Source: Abditibacteriaceae bacterium
Lineage (GTDB): Bacteria > Armatimonadota > Abditibacteriia > Abditibacteriales > Abditibacteriaceae
NCBI GenBank assembly: GCA_031425655.1
Contig: JANPJS010000259.1
Span: 1 to 49,219, forward strand
Direction: 5' to 3'
DNA: 49,219 nucleotides
A program made the position numbers and the translations under genes. Position 1 is the first letter of the stretch; each line of letters opens with the position of its first letter. Shown here one piece after another: positions 8,221-15,944 of the stretch. The notes under the pieces are model-generated. The model searched no databases, was not told where the DNA came from, and was given only the letters and a program-made list of their open reading frames with translations.

Positions 8221-9354
8221 ATGGCAGTAAAACGCATTGCAGTTTTGACGGGCGGCGGCGATTGCCCCGGCCTCAACCCGACCATCAAAGGCGTGGTCAC
8301 GCGCGCCGCCGATTACGGAATCGAAGTTTTGGGTTTGCAAAACGGCTGGAAAAGCCTTGTCGGCGACGAGCCGCTTTACAAGCCGCTAACAATTGACGAC
8401 GTGCGCCCGATTATCAAGCAGGGCGGCACCATTTTGCACACCAGTCGCACCAACGCTTACGACAAAAACCCCGAAAAGCGCAAGCAGTATTTGACGAATT
8501 TGGTTAATAATGTCGAAAAACTGGGCATTGACGCCATCGTTGCCATCGGCGGCGACGACACGCTCAGCGTGGCCTCGCGCCTGACCAAAGGCGACGATTT
8601 ATCGCGGCCTGTGCCCTGCGTCGGCGTGCCAAAAACGATGGACAACGACGTTTACGGCACCGACCAATGCTTTGGTTTTGATACCGCCACGACTTTGGCC
8701 GTCGAAGCCGTGCAGCGCCTGCGCGACACCGCCGACAGCCATAATCGCGTGATTGTCTTAGAGGTTTTCGGACGCAAAGCCGGCTGGACGGCGCTTTTCA
8801 CCGCCGTCGCCGCTGACGCCGATTACGTTTTGGTTCCCGAACGCAATCCCGCCGACCTTCCGGGCATGATGGCCAAGCTGCGCGAAGTCAAAAAGCGCCG
8901 CGATTATGCGCTGGTCGTGGTGGCTGAAGGCGCTGATCATCCCGATTTGGACGTGTGGGCCGATGAAATCGCCAAAGGCTTGAACGGCACGCGTTTGGGC
9001 GAATCGAGCGTGGAAATTGACTCGTTCGGCCATCCGATTTTGAAAGAGCGCCGCGTCGGCGACTGGGTCGCGTATAACATCAAAAAAGAGTTGGGCTGGG
9101 ACACGCGCGTTTCAGTCATGGCGCACTTGATGCGTGGCGGGCAGCCGACTTTAGTTGACCGCATTTTAGGCGCGCGTTTGGGCATCGCCGCAGCGGATTA
9201 CGTTCATCAAGGCAAATTCGGCGTGATGGCGGCGCTGCGCGGCAACGAAATCGTGCCCTTTCCTTTGGAAGAACTCACGGACGCCAATGGCAAAAGCATC
9301 ACGCGCGACTGCACGCCCGAATGGATGCAATTCGCCGATGTGCTCATGAAATAG
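8221..9354 (+). CDS. 6-phosphofructokinase (PfkA family), PPi-dependent signature
   Basis: TGGGDCPGLN, GGTIL, IGGDDT, PKTMDND and EVFGR motifs. Confidence 0.92.
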   Translation: MAVKRIAVLTGGGDCPGLNPTIKGVVTRAADYGIEVLGLQNGWKSLVGDEPLYKPLTIDDVRPIIKQGGTILHTSRTNAYDKNPEKRKQYLTNLVNNVEKLGIDAIVAIGGDDTLSVASRLTKGDDLSRPVPCVGVPKTMDNDVYGTDQCFGFDTATTLAVEAVQRLRDTADSHNRVIVLEVFGRKAGWTALFTAVAADADYVLVPERNPADLPGMMAKLREVKKRRDYALVVVAEGADHPDLDVWADEIAKGLNGTRLGESSVEIDSFGHPILKERRVGDWVAYNIKKELGWDTRVSVMAHLMRGGQPTLVDRILGARLGIAAADYVHQGKFGVMAALRGNEIVPFPLEELTDANGKSITRDCTPEWMQFADVLMK

Positions 9355-9355
9355 G

Positions 9356-9508
9356 TCTCTCGCAAAGACGCAAAGTCGCCAAGAAAAGACACAAGAACCG
9401 CAATAAAAAGCGTTTAAATTTGTGTTTTTTGCGCTTTTTTGCGCTTTTTTGCGGCCATTTCTTTTCTTGGCGACTTTGCGTCGGGTGCCCTCTGGGCAGG
9501 ACGAGAGA
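9356..9508. repeat. Nested palindromic cassette with a 19-nt insert in its right arm
   Basis: tctctcgcaaagacgcaaagtcgccaagaaaaga / tcttttcttggcgactttgcgtc-[gggtgccctctgggcagga]-cgagaga; inner gcgctttttt repeats. Confidence 0.85.
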
Positions 9509-9521
9509 TAAAAAGGCAAAA

Positions 9522-10427
9522 ATGAACGAAGTTTTAATTGTCGGTTCGGTCGCGCTCGATTCGGTCGAAACGCCGCAGGGACAAATTGACAACGCGTTGG
9601 GCGGCGCGGCGACTTATGGCGCGGTTGCGGCCTCGTTGTTCGCGCCGGTGCATCTGGTTGGCGTAGTCGGCGAAGATTTCCCCGCTGAGCATCTCGATTT
9701 TCTCAAGTCGCGCAACATTGATTTGGCGGGCCTGCAAATCGTGGAAGGCGGCAAGACTTTTCGCTGGAAAGGCGATTACAACGCCGATTTGAATCAAGCT
9801 GTCACGCACGAAACGCACTTGGGCGTTTTCGAGCATTTCGAGCCGGTTTTGCCCGAAAACTACCGCAACGCGCAGTTTGTGTTTTTAGCCAACATCAACC
9901 CCGAATTGCAGTTGCGCACGTTAGAACAAGTCAAAGCGCCGAAGCTGGTGCTTTGCGACACCATGAATTTGTGGATCAACATCGCGCGCGAACACGTTTT
10001 CGCGGTCTTCAAAAAAGTGGACATCGCCGTTCTCAACGACGGCGAGGCGCGAATGTTAACCGAGCAGGACAACTTGGTCGTCGCCGGGCGCTGCTTGCTG
10101 GAAATGGGGCCGAAGTTCGTCATTATCAAAAAAGGCGAACACGGCGCGCTTCTGTTTAGCTCCGACGGCATTTTCGCCTCGGTCAGTTATCCTTTGGAAA
10201 AAGTGGTTGACCCAACCGGCGCCGGCGATTCGTTCGCCGGTTCGCTGATCGGCTATTTAGCCAAAACCGGCGATATTTCCCTCGAAAACTTGAAGCGCGC
10301 CATCGTTTACGGCAGCGTGGTCGCGTCCACGACGGTGCAGGATTTTTCGCTCGCCTCGCTGCGCGAATTAAAGATCGAGGAAGTCGAACGCCGCTACGAG
10401 GTTGTGAAGAGCATGAGCGCGTTTTAA
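9522..10427 (+). CDS. PfkB family carbohydrate/nucleoside kinase
   Basis: VGSVALD, LGGAATY, IKKGEHG and DPTGAGDSF motifs. Confidence 0.93.
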   Translation: MNEVLIVGSVALDSVETPQGQIDNALGGAATYGAVAASLFAPVHLVGVVGEDFPAEHLDFLKSRNIDLAGLQIVEGGKTFRWKGDYNADLNQAVTHETHLGVFEHFEPVLPENYRNAQFVFLANINPELQLRTLEQVKAPKLVLCDTMNLWINIAREHVFAVFKKVDIAVLNDGEARMLTEQDNLVVAGRCLLEMGPKFVIIKKGEHGALLFSSDGIFASVSYPLEKVVDPTGAGDSFAGSLIGYLAKTGDISLENLKRAIVYGSVVASTTVQDFSLASLRELKIEEVERRYEVVKSMSAF

Positions 10428-10446
10428 ATTGGGCTTATTCAGCACA

Positions 10447-10477
10447 AAGGCGCAAAGAGAAATTCTCTTTGCGCCTT
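10447..10477. terminator. Hairpin between convergent genes; likely bidirectional terminator
   Basis: aaggcgcaaagagaa / ttctctttgcgcctt. Confidence 0.7.
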
Positions 10478-10493
10478 CTGCCTTGCCGACGAA

Positions 10494-11522
10494 TCACTTT
10501 TTACGTCGTTGCGCAACATAAACGCCCAATGCGACAAGCGAAGCTACAACTACAGCACGCAGAACAATCGGTCGTTTGGAGGGAACAGTTGGGGTTTGGA
10601 TGAAGGCGTCGGAGTTTTCGGCTTCTTCGGGCACGCGCACCAAAATGGCGTGCGGCACCGCGTCGGCGATGAGCGGGATCATTTTGTCCACTTCTTCGCC
10701 GTCAATTTGCAAATCGAGCGGCGGGTCGGTTTCGATTTCGATGTGCTTGGCCTTGTAAAAGTCAACAGCGCGGTCATCGCGCACGCTGCCCGCCAACGAG
10801 CGCCAAATCAAGCGCAGCACGTCGCGGAAATAAAAGCGGCGCAGAATACAAACATCTAAAGCGCCATCGTCCATTTTGGCATCCGGCGCGAACTTCAAGC
10901 CGCCACCGATTTCGCCGGCGTTGGCAATCACAAGAGCCACGCCCGATTGGCGAACCGGCGCCTTGTTATCGAGTTTCAGCGTGAAATTATGCGGCTTCAT
11001 GCCCAATTCGCTCAGCATCGCTCTGGCATAGGCCAGTTTTCCCAGCACTTCTTTTTCCTTCGTGCTGGTTTGCGAAACCAGTTTTTCGGTCAGGCCCAAT
11101 CCCATGCCCAAAGCGAACCAGTGCTCACCGGACAGGCCCAAATCGAGGGCTAAATCGCGTCCGCCGACCGCGATTCCAACCGCTTCGTCCAAATCGGTCG
11201 GGATTTTCAATGCTCCCGCCAAAAGGTTCGCTGTGCCGCCGGGAATAATGGAAAGCGTGACTTGCGGCTTGTCCTGCGCCGTCGCCAAGCCACTGGCGCC
11301 GATGCCGTTGACAACCGACATCACGGTTCCGTCGCCACCGCAGGCCAACAAATGCCGCGCGCCGTCTTTGACGGCCTTGCACGCCAAATCTTTGCCGCTG
11401 ATTTCTCTGGTGGTTTCGAGAATTTCGTATTCGGCGCCGGCTTCGCGCAAAGCGGTTTCGACGCGCTCGCGGAAATTGTCGCCCGCCGAGCCGGATTTTG
11501 GGTTGAGAATAGTGGTTAGCAT
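10494..11522 (-). CDS. Diacylglycerol/lipid kinase family protein (YegS/DagK-like)
   Basis: NPKSG, GGDGTV, IPGGTAN, DDGALD and QIDGE motifs; C-terminal TM anchor. Confidence 0.9.
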   Translation of the reverse strand: MLTTILNPKSGSAGDNFRERVETALREAGAEYEILETTREISGKDLACKAVKDGARHLLACGGDGTVMSVVNGIGASGLATAQDKPQVTLSIIPGGTANLLAGALKIPTDLDEAVGIAVGGRDLALDLGLSGEHWFALGMGLGLTEKLVSQTSTKEKEVLGKLAYARAMLSELGMKPHNFTLKLDNKAPVRQSGVALVIANAGEIGGGLKFAPDAKMDDGALDVCILRRFYFRDVLRLIWRSLAGSVRDDRAVDFYKAKHIEIETDPPLDLQIDGEEVDKMIPLIADAVPHAILVRVPEEAENSDAFIQTPTVPSKRPIVLRAVVVASLVALGVYVAQRRKK

Positions 11523-11525
11523 GAT

Positions 11526-11602
11526 AGTTTTAAGTTGTGAGTTTTAAGTTTTGAGTTAAATCTGCACTCAAACTCAAAACTTAAAACTCACAACTTAAAA
11601 TT
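11526..11602. repeat. Inverted heptamer-array cassette (agttttr)n...(yaaaact)n
   Basis: Fills the comF-dagK spacer; core ttaaatctgca. Confidence 0.9.
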
Positions 11603-11606
11603 TTAG

Positions 11607-12353
11607 TTACAACTGGCGTGCCAACGTGAGCGCGTAGATTTCGGTGACACCAGCGCTTTGCAAAGCGCGGGCGCATTCGGCGATGGTTGCGCCTGTCGTG
11701 CAAACGTCGTCAATCAATAAAATCGGACCGCGCGATGGGTTCAACTTTGTTAGACGGCGCTGGTCGGCGGCGAAAGCGTCGCGCACATTTTCGTGGCGCG
11801 CTTTGGCCGAAAGTCCGACTTGCGGCGGCGTGCGGCGCGTGCGGCGTAAAACTTCGCCATGTGCTATGCCAAGCGATTTTGCCAGTTCGCGCGCCAGCAA
11901 TTCGCTTTGATTGTAGCCGCGTCGCCAGCGCCGCCAGCGATGCAAAGGAACGGGCGTTATCAGCATCAAATCGGCAGTGGGAATCGCGGTTTGACTGTGC
12001 AAAAACTCGCCGAGCAGCGCGGCTAAGGGCGCGGCGCGGGCGATTTTGCCTTTGTATTTCAGGGTATGCACGGCGGGCCGCAAAGCGCCTTCAAAAGTGA
12101 AAACCGAGCGCAGCGCCTTGAACGGCGGCGCGCCGTGATAGCGGTTGTCGCGGCATTTGGCGCATTCGGCGGCGGCGTGCGACAAGCGGTCGAAGGGAAA
12201 GCCGCAACGCCCGCAAAACGGCGCGACAATCGGGCGCAGCGTGGCGCGGCAGTCGGCGCAGAAAAGTGACGCGCAGAAGTCGCCGCACCCGGCGCAGCGC
12301 GGCGGAAAAACCGCGTCGAGAACGAAACTGCGAAAAGCGTTTGTCACGTCCAT
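11607..12353 (-). CDS. comF: ComF family protein (double zinc ribbon plus phosphoribosyltransferase)
   Basis: FPPRCAGC and further CxxC motifs; PVPLH..RRGYNQS; LIDDVCTTGAT. Confidence 0.92.
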   Translation of the reverse strand: MDVTNAFRSFVLDAVFPPRCAGCGDFCASLFCADCRATLRPIVAPFCGRCGFPFDRLSHAAAECAKCRDNRYHGAPPFKALRSVFTFEGALRPAVHTLKYKGKIARAAPLAALLGEFLHSQTAIPTADLMLITPVPLHRWRRWRRGYNQSELLARELAKSLGIAHGEVLRRTRRTPPQVGLSAKARHENVRDAFAADQRRLTKLNPSRGPILLIDDVCTTGATIAECARALQSAGVTEIYALTLARQL

Positions 12354-12354
12354 A

Positions 12355-12477
12355 GAATATCGAATATCAAAATATCGAATATCGAACAAGGAACGTCGAA
12401 TGATGAAGGAAAAACGTGCCGTGCCCTACATTTCTTCATTCAACATTCCTTGTTCGATATTCGATATTTTGATATTC
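12355..12477. repeat. Inverted heptamer-array cassette (gaatatc)n
   Basis: gaatatcgaatatcaaaatatcgaatatcgaacaaggaa / ttccttgttcgatattcgatattttgatattc. Confidence 0.9.
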
Positions 12478-12515
12478 CATTGCTCAATCTTCGCTTTCGC
12501 GCGACACTGGTTTTC

Positions 12516-13055
12516 ATGCGCCTCGTGTTCGTTTGCACCGGAAATACCTGCCGTTCGCCCTTAGCCGTGGCGGCGTGGCGGGCGTTCGGCGCGCCTCTGC
12601 TGCGCGAAAAAGCACTGGAAAGCCGCGCCGAATCGGCGGGATTAGCCGCTTCGCCGGGCGCGACTGTTTCGCCGCACAGCGTCACGACGGCGCGCGAATG
12701 GGGCGTGGATTTATCCGATCATCGCGCGCGGCGCCTGTCGCCGGACATTGCAGAAGGCGCCGATTTTCTCGTCGCGCTCACCGCGCAACACGCCGAAGCT
12801 TTGCGAACGCGCTTCGACATCACCAAAGTGCTGCAACTGGGCAGTTTCGACAACCACCCGGATACAAATGACCCGTCTTTGGCCAACGATTTGAGCCAAT
12901 TGCAAACGCTGCTGGGCGGCAACGCCGAGGATATTCTCGATCCTTTCGGTGGTTCGCTCGAAGCGTATCAAGCGTGCGGCGCGCACATTCGCCGCGCCGT
13001 CGAAGGCTTAGCGGTCGCGTTGCGCGACGGCAAAATTTCCGAAGTTTCTTCCTGA
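12516..13055 (+). CDS. Low-molecular-weight phosphatase, YwlE-like (protein arginine phosphatase type)
   Basis: VCTGNTCRS P-loop; SAG; DILDPFG acid loop. Confidence 0.88.
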   Translation: MRLVFVCTGNTCRSPLAVAAWRAFGAPLLREKALESRAESAGLAASPGATVSPHSVTTAREWGVDLSDHRARRLSPDIAEGADFLVALTAQHAEALRTRFDITKVLQLGSFDNHPDTNDPSLANDLSQLQTLLGGNAEDILDPFGGSLEAYQACGAHIRRAVEGLAVALRDGKISEVSS

Positions 13056-13066
13056 ATTCTTTTCTG

Positions 13067-13744
13067 ATGCGTCACTTTCTGTGGATTCTTCCTATCGTTT
13101 TGCTAAGCGGTTGCGCCGAGCGCGCCTCGCGTCCCGACGCCGATATTTTCGGCAGCACGCTGCGCAACGCGGCGCGGGCCGTCGCGGTTGGGCAGGCTTA
13201 CGATTCGGCTTTGTTAGCCGCGCGTCGTGGCGATAATGCTACTTTCGATAGCCAAATGGAGCGTCTGGGCCGCGCTGGAGCGCCGGAAGTGTCATGGCTG
13301 GCCGTCGCGCAAAGTCTCAATAGTCTGGGCTACCCTCTGGCCGAAAGCGGCCATTCGACGGCGGATTTCCAACGCGCAGAAGACCTCACGCGCCGTTCAT
13401 TGAGTTACTGGGACAAAATCATCGCCGGTCAGCCTAAAAAGAGCGAAAACTTGCCGTTTTTACGCTTCAATCGAGCATTAACGGCGCACGATTCACTGGC
13501 GTGGGCGCTTTATCGGCAGAATCGCTTCGAGGAAGCGCTGCGCGAGCAAAGCGAGGCTGTTAAAGCGGCCAAAGCGGACGCGCCCAAAGGCCCGCAGGCG
13601 AATTCAGGGCTGGCCGAGATGTTTTATCATCTGGGCAAAATTCAACAGGCGTTGGGGCACAAAACCGAAGCGCGCGGCGCCTTCGCCGAAGCTCTGAAAT
13701 TGCAACCCGGTCACGCAAAAGCCAAACAGGAAACTGGAAAATAA
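13067..13744 (+). CDS. TPR-repeat lipoprotein
   Basis: Lipobox LLSGC; DSLAWALY and YHLGKI..ALG TPR repeats. Confidence 0.8.
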   Translation: MRHFLWILPIVLLSGCAERASRPDADIFGSTLRNAARAVAVGQAYDSALLAARRGDNATFDSQMERLGRAGAPEVSWLAVAQSLNSLGYPLAESGHSTADFQRAEDLTRRSLSYWDKIIAGQPKKSENLPFLRFNRALTAHDSLAWALYRQNRFEEALREQSEAVKAAKADAPKGPQANSGLAEMFYHLGKIQQALGHKTEARGAFAEALKLQPGHAKAKQETGK

Positions 13745-13755
13745 GCGAATAAATC

Positions 13756-14379
13756 ATGCTTCTTCAACCCAACGATCACGTTTTGTTTTACGGCGACAGC
13801 ATCACCGATTGCGGACGCAACAGCGGCGTGAACGGCGGACTGGGCACCGGCTACGCCGCGCTGTGCGCCGCGCAGTTGTTGGCGCGCTTTCCCCAGTGGA
13901 ACCTCTCATTTACTAATCGCGGCATCAGCGGCAATCGCGTTTGCGACTTGGAAGCGCGCCTCCAAAACGATGTTCTGGCGCTCAAACCGACGTTAGTTTC
14001 GATTCTGATCGGCATCAACGACACTTGGCGTCGCTATGACAGCGGCAACGTGTCGCCGCTTGACGAATTTCACGCATCTTACCGGCGCATTTTGGCTTCG
14101 CTGAGGCAAAATCTCGATGCCGCCGTGATAATCTGCGAGCCGTTTTTGCTGCCGATTCCCGAAGACCGCCGCACGTGGCGCGAAGACCTCGACCCGCGCA
14201 TCACGGTTTGCCGCGACCTGGCGCGCGAATTCAGCCTGCCTTTCGTGCCGCTCGACGGCCTTTTCGCCGCCGCCTCCACGCGCGCTCCGCTCGAATACTG
14301 GCTGCCCGACGGCGTGCATCCCAGCCTCGCCGGCCACGCTTTCATCGCCGACCACTGGATAAAAACCGTGACGATTTAA
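13756..14379 (+). CDS. SGNH/GDSL hydrolase
   Basis: GDSITD, NRGISG, GIND and DGVHP blocks. Confidence 0.93.
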   Translation: MLLQPNDHVLFYGDSITDCGRNSGVNGGLGTGYAALCAAQLLARFPQWNLSFTNRGISGNRVCDLEARLQNDVLALKPTLVSILIGINDTWRRYDSGNVSPLDEFHASYRRILASLRQNLDAAVIICEPFLLPIPEDRRTWREDLDPRITVCRDLAREFSLPFVPLDGLFAAASTRAPLEYWLPDGVHPSLAGHAFIADHWIKTVTI

Positions 14380-14502
14380 ACACAAAGACACAGAGGCACA
14401 AAGAAAGCACAAAGAATATAAAGTGTTCCGAGCAGTGTGTTCGGATTCATCTTTTAATGTCTTTGTGCTTTCTTTGTGCCTCTGTGTCTTTGTGTTTAAA
14501 TC
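14373..14502. repeat. Palindromic cassette with perfect 43-bp arms (cacaaaga units)
   Basis: 14373-14415 is the exact reverse complement of 14460-14502; lies between convergent genes. Confidence 0.92.
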
Positions 14503-15852
14503 CTAAAGCAAGCCGCCGCTGCTATCGCCGAACGCATCGGTTTTGACGTTCATGCGGCCCAGCATCGAAACGAACAGGTTGCACATCGGCGTGGGGTTCG
14601 CGGCTTTGATGTGCTGGCCCGGCTTCAATGTTCCCGCGCCGCCGCCAGCCAAAAGAACCGGCAAATCGTCGTGATTATGGCGGTCGCCGTCGCCGATGCC
14701 GGCGCCGTAAACCACCATTGAGTTGTCCAGCAAGTTGGTGTCGCCTTCGCGTGTGGCCTTCATTTTTTCCAAAACGTAGGCCAATTGCTCGACGTGAAAG
14801 CGGTTGATCTGGCGGATTTTCTCCAGCTTATCGGCGCTGCGCCCGTGGTGCGAAATCTCGTGATGCCCTTCGTTGATGCCGATGTTGCGATAGCTGCGAT
14901 TGCTGCCGTCATTGGCCAGCATAAAGGTGCAAACGCGCGTCAAATCGGCCTGAAACGCCAAAATCATCATGTCGCCCATCAAGCGAATATGCTCGCCCAC
15001 GTCGCGCGGCGTGCCGTTGGGCCGCACGCCGCCAGCCTGAAAATTGCTTTTTTCGACATAAGCCAAACGCTGCTCAATTTCGCGGATGCCCGTGAAATAC
15101 TCGTCCAATTTGCGCCGGTCGCGCGTGCCGAGCTTGTTTTGCAAATCGCGCGCGTCGTCTAAAGCAAAGTCAAGAATGCTTTTGCGATAACGGTCGCGCT
15201 GAAAACGGCTGACCGCTTCTTCGCCGTCTTGGCCGTTGCCGAACAATCGCTCGAAAACCGCGCGTGGATTGACTTCTTTGGCAACCGGCGTGGTTTCGCC
15301 TCTCCATGCGATGCTCGACGAATAAGCGCAGCTATAACCCGAATCGCAGTTGCCGGCCTGATTTCCCGCCTCGATGCCGATTTCCAGCGACGGGAATTTG
15401 GTTAACGCTCCCAACCTCTGCGCCGCGTATTGGTCAACCGAGATGCCGTTTTTGATGTCGGCGCCCGACGTTTTGCGCGGATGCGCTCCGGTCAGCCACG
15501 CCGCGCCCGAACGCGCATGATCGCCGCCGCCATCGCCTAAGGGCTGCGCGTTATGCTGCGCCAATCCGCTGATCACCGAAAAATCGCTCTTCACATTTTT
15601 CAGCGGCTGCATAATCCACGGCAACTCGAAAGCGCCTTCGGTAGCCGGCGTCCAATCGGCCATGTGCATCCCGTTGGGCACGAACATAAAAACCATGCGG
15701 TTCGGACGCACTTTGGCAGCCGCGTTTTTAGCGAGCGCGCCCGTTGCGCCGGCAGCCTGCGCCGTCGGCAGCATTTGGTCGAGCAGAGGCAGGGCAACGG
15801 CGGTTCCCAAACCGCGTAAAAAGGTGCGGCGATCTAACGATTTGCGTGACAT
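14503..15852 (-). CDS. DUF1552 domain protein with a twin-arginine signal
   Basis: RRTFLRG..LPLL; VPNG; SVDQ; CDSGYSCAY; DLTRV; HHEISHH; HNHDDLP. Confidence 0.9.
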   Translation of the reverse strand: MSRKSLDRRTFLRGLGTAVALPLLDQMLPTAQAAGATGALAKNAAAKVRPNRMVFMFVPNGMHMADWTPATEGAFELPWIMQPLKNVKSDFSVISGLAQHNAQPLGDGGGDHARSGAAWLTGAHPRKTSGADIKNGISVDQYAAQRLGALTKFPSLEIGIEAGNQAGNCDSGYSCAYSSSIAWRGETTPVAKEVNPRAVFERLFGNGQDGEEAVSRFQRDRYRKSILDFALDDARDLQNKLGTRDRRKLDEYFTGIREIEQRLAYVEKSNFQAGGVRPNGTPRDVGEHIRLMGDMMILAFQADLTRVCTFMLANDGSNRSYRNIGINEGHHEISHHGRSADKLEKIRQINRFHVEQLAYVLEKMKATREGDTNLLDNSMVVYGAGIGDGDRHNHDDLPVLLAGGGAGTLKPGQHIKAANPTPMCNLFVSMLGRMNVKTDAFGDSSGGLL

Positions 15853-15862
15853 AAAACTCCTG

Positions 15863-15944
15863 AGTTTTGAGTTATAAGTTTTGAATTTTGAGTTGAGGTC
15901 AGGCTAATCTGCAACTCAAAATTCAAAACTTATAACTCAAAACT
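15863..15944. repeat. Inverted heptamer-array cassette with perfect 33-bp arms
   Basis: agttttgagttataagttttgaattttgagttg / caactcaaaattcaaaacttataactcaaaact; core contains aatctgca. Confidence 0.92.

Noticed and set aside
9321..9521. Extended N-termini in the ORF track (also 562, 12389, 12450, 29140, 34813, 38520)
   Set aside because: They run through repeat cassettes or neighbouring genes; downstream starts fit the family N-termini better.
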